Assembly: GCA_963789955.1 (NCBI GenBank)
Contig: CAWBMV010000012.1
Span: 224,001 to 288,000, forward strand
DNA: 64,000 nt
From: an uncultured Candidatus Rokubacteria bacterium
Lineage (GTDB): Bacteria; Methylomirabilota; Methylomirabilia; Rokubacteriales; CSP1-6
Direction: 5' to 3'
Under the pieces are notes generated by a model. That model made no database searches. It saw only the letters and a program-made list of their open reading frames with translations, and was not told where the DNA came from. How positions within the stretch are numbered: the first letter of the stretch is position 1; each line of letters opens with the position of its first letter. This document shows positions 63,881 to 64,000 of the stretch, in pieces. The translations under genes were made by a program, and so were the position numbers.

Positions 63881-64000
63881 ATGGACGTCTCGCGGCGCGA
63901 TCTGGTCAAGCTGCTCGCGGTCGCGGCGGGCGCTGGGCTCGCACCGCGCCGTCTCGAAGCCGCCGACGGCCCGGACCGGCTCCTCGCGTTCGAGCCGCTC
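63881..64000 (+). CDS. Tat-exported protein, probable SoxB N-terminus (runs off the window)
   Basis: MDVSRRDLVKLL Tat signal 3 bp after soxXA; identity inferred from gene order only. Confidence 0.5.
   Translation, partial: MDVSRRDLVKLLAVAAGAGLAPRRLEAADGPDRLLAFEPL

Noticed and set aside
1..64000. tRNA, rRNA, transposase or phage genes
   Set aside because: None recognised by eye; a covariance-model scan would be needed to exclude small RNAs

Overview
GC-rich bacterial chromosomal window. Gene content (expanded-type ABC substrate-binding protein, form I coxMSL, sox, hopanoid genes, GC-rich palindromic repeats) is reminiscent of Candidatus Rokubacteria/Methylomirabilota, but this is inference. 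About 30 single-base frameshifts split otherwise intact genes and look like long-read indel errors; CDS coordinates below are the reconstructed genes. Blocks: (1) 1-11.5 kb small catabolic enzymes, with a ~1 kb decayed gene bracketed by ~125-bp direct repeats built from hairpin units; (2) ~11.5-17.5 kb integron-type gene-cassette array on the minus strand with several attC sites, an attI-like site, no intact integrase, and an ABC substrate-binding gene carried as a cassette; (3) form I aerobic CO dehydrogenase coxMSL plus XdhC-YHS; (4) malate synthase, MFS transporter and a molybdopterin enzyme; (5) 31.5-48 kb hopanoid locus (hpnN, ino1, mlaCDFE-like, shc | cruF-like, hpnH, hpnG, hpnA, hpnD, two Zn-dehydrogenases, ispH) with a 42-bp tandem repeat; (6) threonine synthase-like gene and an EF-G paralogue; (7) 51.7-64 kb sulfur-oxidation cluster (persulfide dioxygenase-rhodanese, YeeE, FCSD plus cytochrome, TauE, fused FeS-NrfD, Mo enzyme, soxY, soxZ, fused soxXA, probable start of soxB).
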